Position numbers and translations under genes: made by a program. From assembly GCF_006345805.1 (NCBI RefSeq), contig NC_043000.1:137206001-137270000 (forward strand): DNA of 64,000 nt, in the 5' to 3' direction. The notes below the pieces were generated by a model. The model was not told where the DNA came from. It made no database searches and saw only the letters and a list, made by a program, of their open reading frames with translations. Position 1 is the stretch's first letter. Every line of letters begins with the position of its first letter. Positions 14,469 through 27,547 of this stretch are shown in pieces. This stretch comes from Octopus sinensis. Its lineage: Eukaryota.

Positions 14469-14855
14469 GTGGAGGCGCAATGGCCCAGTGGTTAGGGCAG
14501 CGGACTCGCGGTCATAGGATCGCGGTTTCGATTCCCAGACCGGGCGTTGTGAGTGTTTATTGAGCGAAAACACCTAAAGCTCCACGAGGCTCCGGCAGGG
14601 GATGGTGGTGATCCCTGCTGTACTCTTTCACCACAACTTTCTCTCACTCTTACTTCCTGTTTCTGTTGTACCTGTATTTCAAAGGGCCGGCCTTGTCACT
14701 CTCTGTGTCACGCTGAATATCCCCGAGAACTACGTTAAGGGTACACGTGTCTGTGGAGTGCTCAGCCACTTACACGTTAATTTCACGAGCAGGCTGTTCC
14801 GTTGATTCGGATCAACCGGAACCCTCGTCGTTGTAACCGACGGAGTGTTTCCCCC
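14469..14855 (+). mobile_element. Family-B SINE, tail type 1
   Basis: TSD AGTTGATAACC. Confidence 0.9.
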
Positions 14856-15714
14856 AGTTGATAACCGGATCAATCGCGGACAAAATAATAGCTCTTCGAC
14901 AAAAACAGAGCCCTAACATGGTCACAAGTAAAGAAATAATTCTTGCTGTTGTTGTTCTTGTTCAGGTGGTGGTTTGGCGAAATTGTTACACCGTCGGAAA
15001 ATGCCTTGCAGTATTTCTTTAGGCTCTGTACATTCTGATTTCGAATCCCACCTAAGTTAACTTTGTCTTACATCCTTCTGAAAATTAAATAACAATCAAG
15101 AGGAAAGGTCAATTCAATCGACTAACCTTCTCCATTTGAACTTGCTGCCCTTGTGCCTGAGCTTATTTGAGGACATTTTTTATTCTGAATTGACCATGGC
15201 TATTTGCCTGTAAAGTTTGGCTTAGGTCTTATTGGCAGAGCACTGCGTATATAGACATCCACACGTGTGACAGTCCCGACTCTACTACTTTTCATGATTC
15301 TATCTGCCGGTCTTGTTCTGATGCATTTCTCCCCCTCCATTTTGCCTTCCTTCATTAGTAAACATCAGCCTTTTCTCTTGTCATCTAAAGTCTCGCATGG
15401 TTTAATCTCTAGCGTTACGGATCACCAGTAATTTATTCCAACTTTCAACGCTCGTGTAAAGCGACGTCATACATCACTTTCGGATATCTTTAAAAACCAA
15501 ATCCCACTGGCTTTGTGTTCCTTGCCGGAGAACCTCATACAATAGCAGCAGTAGCAATAGCAAAGACATTAACAGCAGCAACAAAAACAACAACAACACC
15601 AGCAGCAACAAAAACAACAACAACACCAGCAGCAACAACAACAACAGAGTATGTTTACGCCATACAAGACTTTCCTGCTAATATACTTTAGAGCATAGAG
15701 CAAATTTCTTTTTT

Positions 15715-16031
15715 CACTCCGCCGGTTACGACGACGAGGGTCCCAGCTGATACGAACAACGGAACAGCTTGCTCGTGAAATTAACGTGCAAATGGCTGAG
15801 CATTCCACAGACACGTGTACCCTTACGTAGTTCTCGGGGATAACCAGCGTGACACAGAGAGTGACAAGGCTGACCCTTGAAATACAAGTACAACTCATTT
15901 TTGCCAGCTGAGTGACTGGAGCAACGTGAAATAAAGTGTCTTGCTCAAGGACACAACGCGTCGCCGGAATCGAACTCACAACCTTACGATCATGAGCCGA
16001 ATGCCCTAACCACTAAGCCACGCGCCCTCAC
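15715..16031 (-). mobile_element. tRNA-SINE with a different head/body and tail type 1
   Basis: TSD TAGAGCAAATT. Confidence 0.8.
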
Positions 16032-16556
16032 TAGAGCAAATTAATTACAACAGGGTATCATTGAAATGTCATTATAGACAAATGACTTACTTTGTTCGCA
16101 ATTAAAAAGCAAACGAAAAAAAAGGGGAAAAAAATTCTTCAGAGCGGAGAATGAAATTAGTAAAACGACTTCAGACACAAGACGAATTTCCGCCGTATTT
16201 CATTTATATAGTTATTATTTTATGGGTAATTTATGAGTAATTATGAATGTAATAGAGAGCTCATGAAATATGAAACCTTAAAGCAAACTGGCAGGATTGG
16301 TCTACTATGTTACAAGGGAGCATGCTAATTGAAATAATCAAAGGACTGATAGTTATTAGGAGACAGATTTACTCGTATGATTTGCTTCTGTCTCCATTGA
16401 AAATCTATATAAGAGTTAACAACTGTGTGAATGAGAGTGCGTGTATATAACAACTCAACTATTCTGTTTTACTCTTTTTTTTTAATCTACAAACAGTGTC
16501 AGGACACAGAAAGCAGGAAATTGATCATTGTACAATTGTATCAGCATATGAGTGCG

Positions 16557-16920
<364 letters not shown>

Positions 16921-17690
16921 TGACTATACATGATGCACTCTCTCTCTCTCACACACACACAGATACACACATATTTATTTATTCATTTGAATATAGGCAT
17001 TCGCATGTACACATGCGTACTCGTACATTTGCATGTGTGTCAAAAGTATATTGATACTTAAAATTTTGTTAATTTTTCTGGTTATTACAATAAGTCTGAA
17101 TGAAAAGAACTCTCTTTTAGAAACACAGTGGAAAGCTTTTATATGCATGCATACATACACACACAGACACACACACGTACACATACACACACACACACAC
17201 AAATATATATGCCTATATGCACAGATGTAAGCTATTGAAGCACTCACCCATAGTTATTTAAAAATATGTCCAATACAGGATTTGAAAATTATTTCATATA
17301 CGATCGCTGATATCAATCTACTTCATGTATATGTCCACAAAGTGTTTAATATTGTTCTTATTGAGCACCACACCTCAGAAACAGGTGTAAATGATTACTC
17401 GTATTCTCCACTCTCTTATTTGTGACGTTCTAGCATAAATTCTTCGGATATTTACCTACTTATGCATGGCAAGCCATTAGAAAGGACTAATCGGATTCTC
17501 GTCACTTTATTTGTACTATTGGAATATGACCTATCCGAGTACCTAATCCTCTATGAAGAATTACTATTAACTCTCACTTTCCTGACCCTCCTGTTTCTCT
17601 GCTGAATTGCATACACACACACACACACACACAAACGCACACACACACACACACACACACAAACGCACACACACGCATATATATATATAT

Positions 17691-17920
17691 GCTTTCTACT
17701 TCCGGTCTTTCAATATGTGACCTCGTGAGTACCGTTGGCGATTTTTTTCCTCTGTCTTCCCTTCTCGGGATCTTTCTTTCACCTATGTTTCCGACGAAGA
17801 GCTCCGCTCGAAACGTTAAACCTTCCTTCTCCCTTCTTTCCTTAGCGTCCAATAATACTTTAATTGTTCCATGTCCTCGCGTTGTTGTGTTTTGTTTTGT
17901 TTTCTTGTTGGGATTAACTT
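17691..17920 (+). mobile_element. Short non-autonomous PLE-like element between (TA)n tracts
   Basis: Unique ~230 bp bounded by TA repeats, containing an HHR-like motif and a T-rich 3' end. Confidence 0.55.
17787..17821 (+). ncRNA. Minimal hammerhead-like motif, CCGACGA (U4C) core
   Basis: GTTT-CCGACGA-A-GAGC(TCC)GCTC-GAAA-CG-TT-AAAC; palindrome AACGTT spans stem III. Confidence 0.6.
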
Positions 17921-17931
17921 TATATATATAT

Positions 17932-18022
<91 letters not shown>

Positions 18023-18187
18023 ATTAAAGCAGCCATTGGTTTCATGTAGGTGTGAAAGCCCTTAACAATTATCATGCCTACCACACGGACCTTGGTGCCC
18101 CTCTCATCGTGGATTAATTACAATAAAATTATGTAAGATCACGATAATATAACGCGAGATTTTGGGCAAACACAAACACACACGCGC

Positions 18188-18917
<730 letters not shown>

Positions 18918-18926
18918 CGATATATG

Positions 18927-19539
18927 TGTTGAATGGTAATTAGGTTGTAGAATATGTTGTGATGAGAGATGTTATGAATAAATTTTTATATATTAAATTT
19001 GGGTCATGCTATTGTTTAGAATTTATTCATGCACGTAGACATTTGTAAACAGGTATGAATATTTAGGTGTGTCAGATTATGGTTAGTGAAAATATTCTAA
19101 AGTAACATCAACAAGTACAAGAGCTTACTAACCAACTTAAACATATTACCTGCTAACATTTTGCTGTGAACCCTTAAAAATTCAAATACGGAAAAAAAAC
19201 ATGCCGAATTACAATGTTTTAGATAGTGGACCAAACTTTGAACTTGGAGATTTACATTCACAAAGTAAAGCATTAAATCCAGTAAAATCAATAACTGAAA
19301 CTAGTTTCACATCCACTGACCAAAATGCTTCTGCCTACGTGTCTTCGTTTGTAATCCCCTAAAAGACAACCCCATGGCCACAAGCCCAGACACACCAAAA
19401 CATACATGTTTACAAAGTTCTATAAGCATGAATATATTCTGAACAATATCTGATCAATAGATCAAATCTAATTACTAAAAATTTCTCCCTAACATTTCCC
19501 CCATCACTACCTTCCCTGCAACTAAATTACCATTCAACA
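18927..19539. mobile_element. Non-autonomous TIR element with ~150-bp diverged TIRs and TGT...ACA ends
   Basis: TGTTGAATGGTAATTAGGTTG / CAACTAAATTACCATTCAACA; a fragment of the same family lies at 9622-9740. Confidence 0.6.
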
Positions 19540-19564
19540 GAATTACAGAATAACAGAATTCGTA

Positions 19565-19750
19565 GCAGTATTTCGCCTGTCGTTACGTTCCGAGTTCAAA
19601 TTCCGCCGAGGTCGACTTTGCCTTTCATCCTTTCGGGGTCGATAAATTAAGTACCAGTTACGCACTGGGGTCGATGTAATCGACTTAATCCCTTTGTCTG
19701 TCCTTGTTTGTCCCCTCTATGTTTAGCCCGTTGTCGGTAGTAAAGAAATA
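19565..19750 (+). mobile_element. Family-A SINE, 5'-truncated
   Basis: Begins at GTATTTCG; core and tail intact. Confidence 0.8.
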
Positions 19751-19859
19751 TATATAAAGACAAGATTAACTCAAATGCATTGCAATCTGATGATGGCTTA
19801 CCTGGCGCCAGCATCGAAATATGTCAATACTGTCCTTCTTGAAGAATAATATATTCTTT

Positions 19860-20150
19860 TATTCTTTTACTTGTGTCAGTCATTTAACTGCGGCTATGCT
19901 GGAGCACCGCCTTTAGTCGAGCAAATCTATCCCAGGACTTGTTCTTTGTAAGCCTAGTATTTATTCTATCGTTTTTTTTTGCTGAACAGCTAAGTTACAG
20001 GGACGTAAACACACCACCATCGGTTGTCAAGTGACACAGACAAACACATATAAAGGACAGGCATCTTTCAGTTTCCGTCGAACAAATCCACTCACAAGGC
20101 TTTGGTTAACCGAGGCTATATTAGAAGACACTTTCCTCAGGTGCCACCCA
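19860..20150 (-). mobile_element. Family-C SINE, partial
   Basis: Matches the C consensus. Confidence 0.75.
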
Positions 20151-21044
20151 AGATTTGAATGATACTGAAGTTGAAGGAAGGTTAGATAATAGCAAACATG
20201 AACATAACACATTCGATAGTAGTAGTAGGATTAATAATAATAGTAATAATATTAATAATGATATGAATATCAATAATATTCATATTAATAGTAGTAATTC
20301 TCCTAGTTACAATTGTAGGGTTAGGTCCCAGTGTCCATTATTAGGCCGATGTCATATCTGCCTTAAACTTGATCATTTAGTATGGACAAAATACTGCCAA
20401 TTACAACAACAATGATAATATTAAACAACGGGAACAAAAATAATAGCCGCAACACTGGATGTATACTTCTTGTTAACTTGAACTACGCCATATAAGGCAA
20501 GTAACTTATCGACAAAAACTGTCAAATTTCAAGTTTTATATACTTTTATTTAATATCGTATTTTTGAAAGAAATTAACGGTGATTTGTATCTTAATTCAT
20601 TATTTTAGAAATTAGTACCATAATAATATGAATGTTTACTGCAGCATGGAATTTTTCTTCTGGATGATGGTTCTGGTTCAATGATAATAGCTGTTCCTTA
20701 CTCGCTGAGAGTTACACAAGCAAGGAGGTAAGAAAATAAGAAAAAAAAAATGGTGACTAGATTAATGACTTCTGTTTGACACATGAGGGTAAATGTGTGT
20801 GTGCAGAACTGATGAGGATTAGTAGGTTGAAATAGTTGAATGACTCTTCGTTTACTGATGGCTTCGTATTACAGAAGTGTTCATTCCTTTTACTACGCTG
20901 TCTGTTGCTGTCAGTTTCTGTTTGCCTTTCACTTAGTAACTGTTTTTGCTTTTTGTTTGTGTGTCCCTGTCTCACAACGTTCACACACATTTATGTATTT
21001 ATGAATATATGAATCTGTCTGTCTATCTGCCAGCCTGCCTGCCC

Positions 21045-21182
<138 letters not shown>

Positions 21183-21575
21183 TCATATATATATATACAT
21201 ACATGTGTGTGTAGTGTGCCTATATATGCAATATATGAATATGCGTTCTTGAGCAAGACACTTTATTTCACCTTGCTCCGGTTCGCTCAGGTATAGAAAC
21301 GAGTTGCTGTACCGGCCTTTGCCTTTCCCTTGGGTAACATCCCTTGGATAACATCGGTGGCGTAGAGAAGGGAAACTGGTAAGCATGAGCGACTGCTGGT
21401 CTTACATAAACAACTTTGCCTGGATTTTCTAGGAGGTATTTATCGTTTATATATATATATATACTCTTTTTTACTCTTTTACTCTTTTACTTGTTTCAGT
21501 TATTTAAAAGGTATTTTTTGATATGCTGGCCATTGATAAAATTATTTCCCGAAAAAAATTTTATCCTCCATTAGT

Positions 21576-21640
<65 letters not shown>

Positions 21641-21717
21641 ATATAATATATATATATATAATATTATTGGTGAATTGAAGAAATGGAGCTGAACGAAGAT
21701 TGAACAGAAATCGTTTT

Positions 21718-21808
21718 ATTTCATTCTACACGTGTTTCGAAAGGCACAATTTACCAAAATCCGATTGAATAATGAGACCATATTGTGTCTTTCTCTTCAG
21801 GAAGAAAT
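21718..21808 (-). ncRNA. Identical hammerhead ribozyme copy in the left arm
   Basis: Reverse complement of 23976-24066. Confidence 0.85.
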
Positions 21809-22397
21809 AGGAAATCCGTTGGAAAAAAACAAAAACAGAACAGAGGCGGAGCAAAACAAATCGAATTAGCTCCTAAGAGCCCATGGCAAAACTGTTTATC
21901 AGTGTATGTTGAGAACCGGTGGCTGAAGAATTTAACGGGTCAGGCAGCGGTCATTCATGTGGGTGAGGGTGTGTAGATGTTCTTTGTGACCGAGAATAAA
22001 GTTCTGACTATTTAAGGAATATTGGATGTTTTATAAGGGGCGAGAAAAAATCTACTTAGAGACATGTGTGTGTATACTGTTCTATATATGTGTGTGCTGG
22101 CGTAGGTTGGCAAGACCTCCGTCAAGGGGCAGAAAACATTTTTTGTGTACGTGTGTGCGTTTGATCGCTCGGCTGTCAGTGGTTAAGCCGCTCTACACAA
22201 TGGCTACTGCAGTAAGAACCGTTGGGTGGCAGAAAAAATATATTATGTTTTATGTGTGTGTGTGTTCGTCTGTCAAAAAACCAAGCCCCGTTTATCTTAC
22301 AGGAGTAATCCCCTTGCAGTGGTTAATCGTAATTATCTTAAAGGCTATTTCAGAATTTGTTACCAAGGCTATGGGTGCAGGTATTATTTATAAACGC

Positions 22398-22926
22398 TAT
22401 TTAAAAGCCAGATAAGTGTAACGCCTCCAATGGGGGCATCGAAAAGCCGACTGTAAAAGTCCGTTTACCATCCGGCCTCTGCAAACAAAATATGGAAGAG
22501 TTCGGAGACACAAAGGTTGCACTGCCTTCTGCCCCTATCAAATGGGAGGGCCACCGACAAAATTGACCATTGCAGCCTGTAGCTTAAGTTCGTATCCTTC
22601 AATCGCCATATTAGCTTGCTGAGTCCCGTGGTCTGGCGCTTGTTCATGTCCCGAAAAGTTGCGTAATGATTGGAGACTCGCAAAGCCAATCTTGACGATG
22701 AGGCCCCTACATAAGTGTAGACATCTGAGTCCGTGTAACCTTGCATTGGTAGACGGCGTTTTTGATCTTGGAGTTCGCCGACGTGAATCTTATTCTGCTA
22801 GGATTAGTTTCTGAAATTAGAACTGCGTTCCTGTCACTATATTCGTTCCGAGAACTGCAGCCGCTTACTACTCTATTTTCCACTACGTCACTATTAACTA
22901 TAGGAATAACCCCTGATTCTCCACTA
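22398..22926 (-). pseudogene. Inverted copy of the GIY-YIG domain, frameshifted
   Basis: ORFs 22707-23018(-) and 22465-22746(-) give the same peptide, split by 1-bp deletions near 22737 and 22480. Confidence 0.85.
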
Positions 22927-23385
22927 TCTCGGAACGAATATAGTGACAGGAACGCAGTTCTAATTTCAGAAACTAATCCTAGCAGAATAAGATTCACGTC
23001 GGCGAACTCCAAGATCAAAAACGCCGTCTACCAATGCAAGGTTTACACGGACTCAGATGTCTACACTTATGTAGGGGCCTCATCGTCAAGATTGGCTTTG
23101 CGAGTCTCCAATCATTACGCAACTTTTCGGGACATGAACAAGCGCCAGACCACGGGACTCAGCAAGCTAATATGGCGATTGAAGGATACGAACTTAAGCT
23201 ACAGGCTGCAATGGTCAATTTTGTCGGTGGCCCTCCCATTTGATAGGGGCAGAAGGCAGTGCAACCTTTGTGTCTCCGAACTCTTCCATATTTTGTTTGC
23301 CAGAGGCCGGATGGTAAACGGACTTTTACAGTCGGCTTTTCGATGCCCCCATTGGAGGCGTTACACTTATCTGGCTTTTAAATAG
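22927..23385 (+). CDS. PLE-type C-terminal GIY-YIG endonuclease domain (5'-truncated, no RT); open frame within ORF 22762-23385
   Basis: NAVYQCKV...TYVGAS...LRVSNHYATF...LSKLIWRLK...QWSIL...CNLCVSELFHI...MVN...CPH: VYQ/YVG motifs plus R, E, N at catalytic-like positions and a CxxC...CxH tail typical of PLE endonucleases. Confidence 0.85.
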   Translation, partial: SRNEYSDRNAVLISETNPSRIRFTSANSKIKNAVYQCKVYTDSDVYTYVGASSSRLALRVSNHYATFRDMNKRQTTGLSKLIWRLKDTNLSYRLQWSILSVALPFDRGRRQCNLCVSELFHILFARGRMVNGLLQSAFRCPHWRRYTYLAFK

Positions 23386-23975
23386 CGTTTATAAATAATA
23401 CCTGCACCCATAGCCCTTGGTAACAAATTCTGAAATAGCCTTTAAGATAATTACGATTAACCACTGCAAGGGGAATTACTCCTGTAAGATAAACGGGGCT
23501 TGGTTTTTTGACAGACGAACACACACACACATAAAACATAATATATTTTTTCTGCCACCCAACGGTTCTTACTGCAGTAGCCATTGTGTAGAGCGGCTTA
23601 ACCACTGGCAGCCGAGCGATCAAACGCACACACGTACACAAAAAATGTTTTCTACCCCTTGACGGAGGTCTTGCCAACCTACGCCAGCACACACATATAT
23701 AGAACAGTATACACACACATGTCTCTAAGTAGATTTTTTCTCGCCCCTTATAAAACATCCAATATTCCTTAAATAGTCAGAACTTTATTCTCGGTCACAA
23801 AGAACATCTACACACCCTCACCCACATGAATGACCGCTGCCTGACCCGTTAAAATCTTCAGCCACCGGTTCTCAACATACACTGATAAACAGTTTTGCCA
23901 TGGGTTCTTAGGAGCCTAATTCGATTTGTTTTGCTCCGCCTCTGTTCTGTTTTTGTTTTTTCCAACGGATTTCCT

Positions 23976-24066
23976 ATTTCTTCCTGAAGAGAAAGACACA
24001 ATATGGTCTCATTATTCAATCGGATTTTGGTAAATTGTGCCTTTCGAAACACGTGTAGAATGAAAT
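23976..24066 (+). ncRNA. Type I hammerhead ribozyme, canonical core
   Basis: Stem I ATTTCTTC/GAATGAAAT (1 bulge); CTGAAGA 23984-23990; stem II GAAAGACACAAT/ATTGTGCCTTTC; GAAA 24046-24049; stem III C-ACGT-G; GTA triplet, predicted cleavage after 24057. Confidence 0.85.
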
Positions 24067-24275
24067 AAAACGATTTCTGTTCAATCTTCGTTCAGCTCCA
24101 TTTCTTCAATTCACCAATAATATTTTAATTTCAATTATCCGCACCAACGCACGGTTGCAACACACCATATGGTTGTACCTCCAACCGTGCTGTCTTCTGC
24201 TGTGATTTTTGCTACCAAGGTATCGGTTAAACTTTTGATTAATCTGCTACAAGATTATTCATCTTTCTATTTCAC

Positions 24276-24333
<58 letters not shown>

Positions 24334-24842
24334 GCATATATGTATGTTTACACGTATAATCATATATGTGTCTGTGTGTAAGTGCGTGAGCATGTATATC
24401 CACATGTTCACGTGTTTTGGTATCCAATCCACTAAGTTTTCGACCAATTTACAATTACTAAAAGAAATGAATTCACCTCCGTTAGCCCTCACCCCAATCG
24501 TGCTCTTGCAGTCCCTTCTTATGGTTTGGGCACACTAGACAATCACCCAAAGAGTAGAAGGACGAGTCTGGGAGCCTAACGTACGCTGTGGTTTGCAGTC
24601 AATAAAGGAATTCATTAGACTCCTGTAAAGACGTGGCTAGGGTCTTGATTAAAACATAAACATCTTTTTTTCGCATTTAATGTCTGCCTAATTTAAATTC
24701 TAATTGCAAATTTTGATGGGAACGGCTTTGTATTTCGTCCTTCTGTTGTCTGTTAAAAGTATTAAGAATGAGATAGGTTGACTCGATCAACGACTAACAT
24801 CTACAGAATGTGGACCAGTGCTATGCCAGAAGAAACCAATAC

Positions 24843-25262
24843 GTATGTATGTATGTATGTATGTATGTATGTATGTATGTATGTATGTATGTATGTATGT
24901 ATGTATGTATGTATGTATGTATGTACGTATGTATGTATGCATGCATGTATGCATGAATGCAGTATGTGTGTATGTGTGTATGTGTGTATGGTTTTTCTTT
25001 GAGCTTGATTTAAGTTCTTCTTGAAATAGTTGAAACCCGTTACTAACGAATCGACAAAACATTTTGAGTTCAGAGGTCCTGATGTTTATTAATATGTGGT
25101 TACATGTATGTATGTATGTATGTATGTATGTATGTATGTATGTATGTATGTATGTATGTATTCATGTATGTATGCTTGCATGTATGTATCTATGTATGCA
25201 TGTATGCTTGCATGTATGTATGCATGCATGTATGTATATTTGTATGTATGTATGTATGTTGT
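24843..25262. repeat. Two (TATG)n tracts
   Basis: Seen directly. Confidence 0.9.
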
Positions 25263-27072
25263 ATATGAATGTGATATTTAAGAGTATATAGACGCCAAAG
25301 ATTTAGCAATACACGCACACACAAGCACCACACGCGCGCGCTCACACAAACACACGCACACACACACACACAGACAGAAATACATCAGGGACAATTGGAA
25401 AGTTAAAGGATGCGAGACAGAATTGAAGAGAAATAATGCACATTGGATTTGCATAGTTTTAAAAGAAAATAATAAACTAGAATAACATTATTATTATGAA
25501 CGGAAGAAAATGTATTTCAAGAACATTGAGAACAGACAATAAAACTGAAGAATTGGTTCAAACATTACGGATGCCGAGTTGTTGGCGGTATTGGTGGTAT
25601 AAGAAGTACTTGGCTCGGATGAAATTACTTTGCAAGCAAGATTATCCTTGTCCGATACCAGATGCGTCCAAATACCAGTCAATACTTTCGTAGAAGAGAA
25701 AGGAAGAAGAAAAGAAATCAGAGAAAATAAAAGGTAAAAACAGATAAAGAAATAAAAGAACTGAGAAAGAATTAGTAGAAGACTACGAAAGGAAAAAAAA
25801 TAAGGTGTAGTGGGGAGAGAAGAGTATAAATGAGGATGAAGGAAAGAAGAGAAAGCGAAAGAGAGAGGCATTAGTCTATGTTTTTCTGAGCGTATTCTGA
25901 CGTTTTAATCCGTTATGTCACATGACACAGAACGTATTAAATCTTCAGTGTAATGCGTTTTCTTGACTATTCTTTCGATATTTACTGCCAGAGATAGGCC
26001 GATTGTTCGTAGGATGAAGGATGTCGGGTTGGTTAGTGGTTTGAAATAGTGCATAGAGTTTAGATGAATGAGAACATCATTATTGAACCAATCGCCTTGC
26101 AATACAACCTCGATCTCTCTCCTAGTCACCCCTTTCACTTGTTTTCTGCTTATTGAGAATGTGTGTGTGTGTATGAATCTGTGTATGCATAGGTGTATAT
26201 GTGTATATATCTATTTGTATATTTGTATGCATGTACACTCATACATACGCGTACACACACATATATACATATATTTACATTGTTCAGAGCTGTCTTGGTT
26301 ACCGAAAGCTCTCGGTTTAGAGTAATCAATATAGATCAAGGTCAACGAAGTCGAGCTGACAAGATGTTAGACTTTGCACGATTTGTGGGTATGTATGTGG
26401 CTAAGAGTGATTTACTTATATATTTATGTATTTGTTCATCTATTTCATTTAAATTTATTTCCTTTTATCAACAAAGTGCATTTATTTTAACAAGATGGTG
26501 GTTCTGCTGTTGAGTTTGGAATTTGATAGCATAGCTGAACGGCTATGGCTATTGATTTCTTAACACTAATCACGATGCCTCAGGTGAGGAAGGGAAACGG
26601 AATTGGAAGTTGTTATTCTCTTGCTTTTTCAAAAGGTATTAGAGCCGTTAAGGAAGTAGAATGCCTTTAAATTACAATCTGTAAATATGATAGCAGATTT
26701 AGTTTGCAGGAAATTCGCTACAGCAGTTAGGCATATTACAGTCACTTCAGACAGAAAGTGAAGTAATCTGTAGTTTAGCTGCTGGGGTGCCTTGATCGCA
26801 GTTTAGTTTTGCTATCCTGATTAAAGCCATTTTCATTTCTGTTGCATTGCTAATATCCTGAAGAGAGACTGTTAACCAAATATACTTTTGCAAGAATATT
26901 TTATGGATTAGTAGGGAGAAAATGGACAGGTTTCAATACCTGTGTAAGCACATCAGTAACTCGATAACGGAATTCCAGAAGGAGGCAAATGATAGTTTGA
27001 AAACTCTCGATTCCAAAGCTAGGTTTTAGGATCCAGGAGTTAAAGCACGACAGATGTAAGAAACGACGATTT

Positions 27073-27495
27073 AAGGCGGCGAGCTGGCAGAAACGTTAGC
27101 ACGCCGGGCGAAATGCTTATCGGTATTTCGTCTGCCGTTACGTTCTGAGTTCAAATTCCACCGAGGTCGACTTTATCTTTCATCCTTTCGGGGTCGATAG
27201 ATTAAGTACCAGTTACACACTGGGGTCGATGTAATCGACTTAATCCCTTTGTCTGTCCTTGTTTGTCCTCTCTGTGTTTAGCCTCTTGTGGGTAGTAAAG
27301 AAACAGAAATAGGTATTTTGTCTGCCGTTACGTTCTGAGTTCAAATTACGCCGAGGTCGACTTTGCCTTTCATCGTTTCGGGGTCGATAAATTAAGTACC
27401 AGTTACGCACTGGGGTCGACGTAATCGACTTAATCCCTTTGTCTGTCCTTGTTTGTCCCCTCTATGTTTAGCCCCTTGTGGGCAATAAAGAAATA
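27073..27495 (+). mobile_element. Family-A SINE head-to-tail dimer
   Basis: Second unit starts at GGTATTT, as in 793-1215. Confidence 0.85.
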
Positions 27496-27508
27496 AGAGG
27501 TCAGAAAC

Positions 27509-27547
<39 letters not shown>

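Larger units (their letters stand above)
21661..24278 (+). mobile_element. Penelope-like retroelement 3' portion as an inverted duplication: left arm 21661-22853, 73-bp loop 22854-22926, right arm 22927-24123, unique 3' extension 24124-24278; inserted in (TA)n
   Basis: Arms are reverse complements (about 10 differences seen in ~1.19 kb); GIY-YIG domain; HHR in each arm; (TA)n on both flanks (21577-21660, 24279-24332). Confidence 0.9.
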
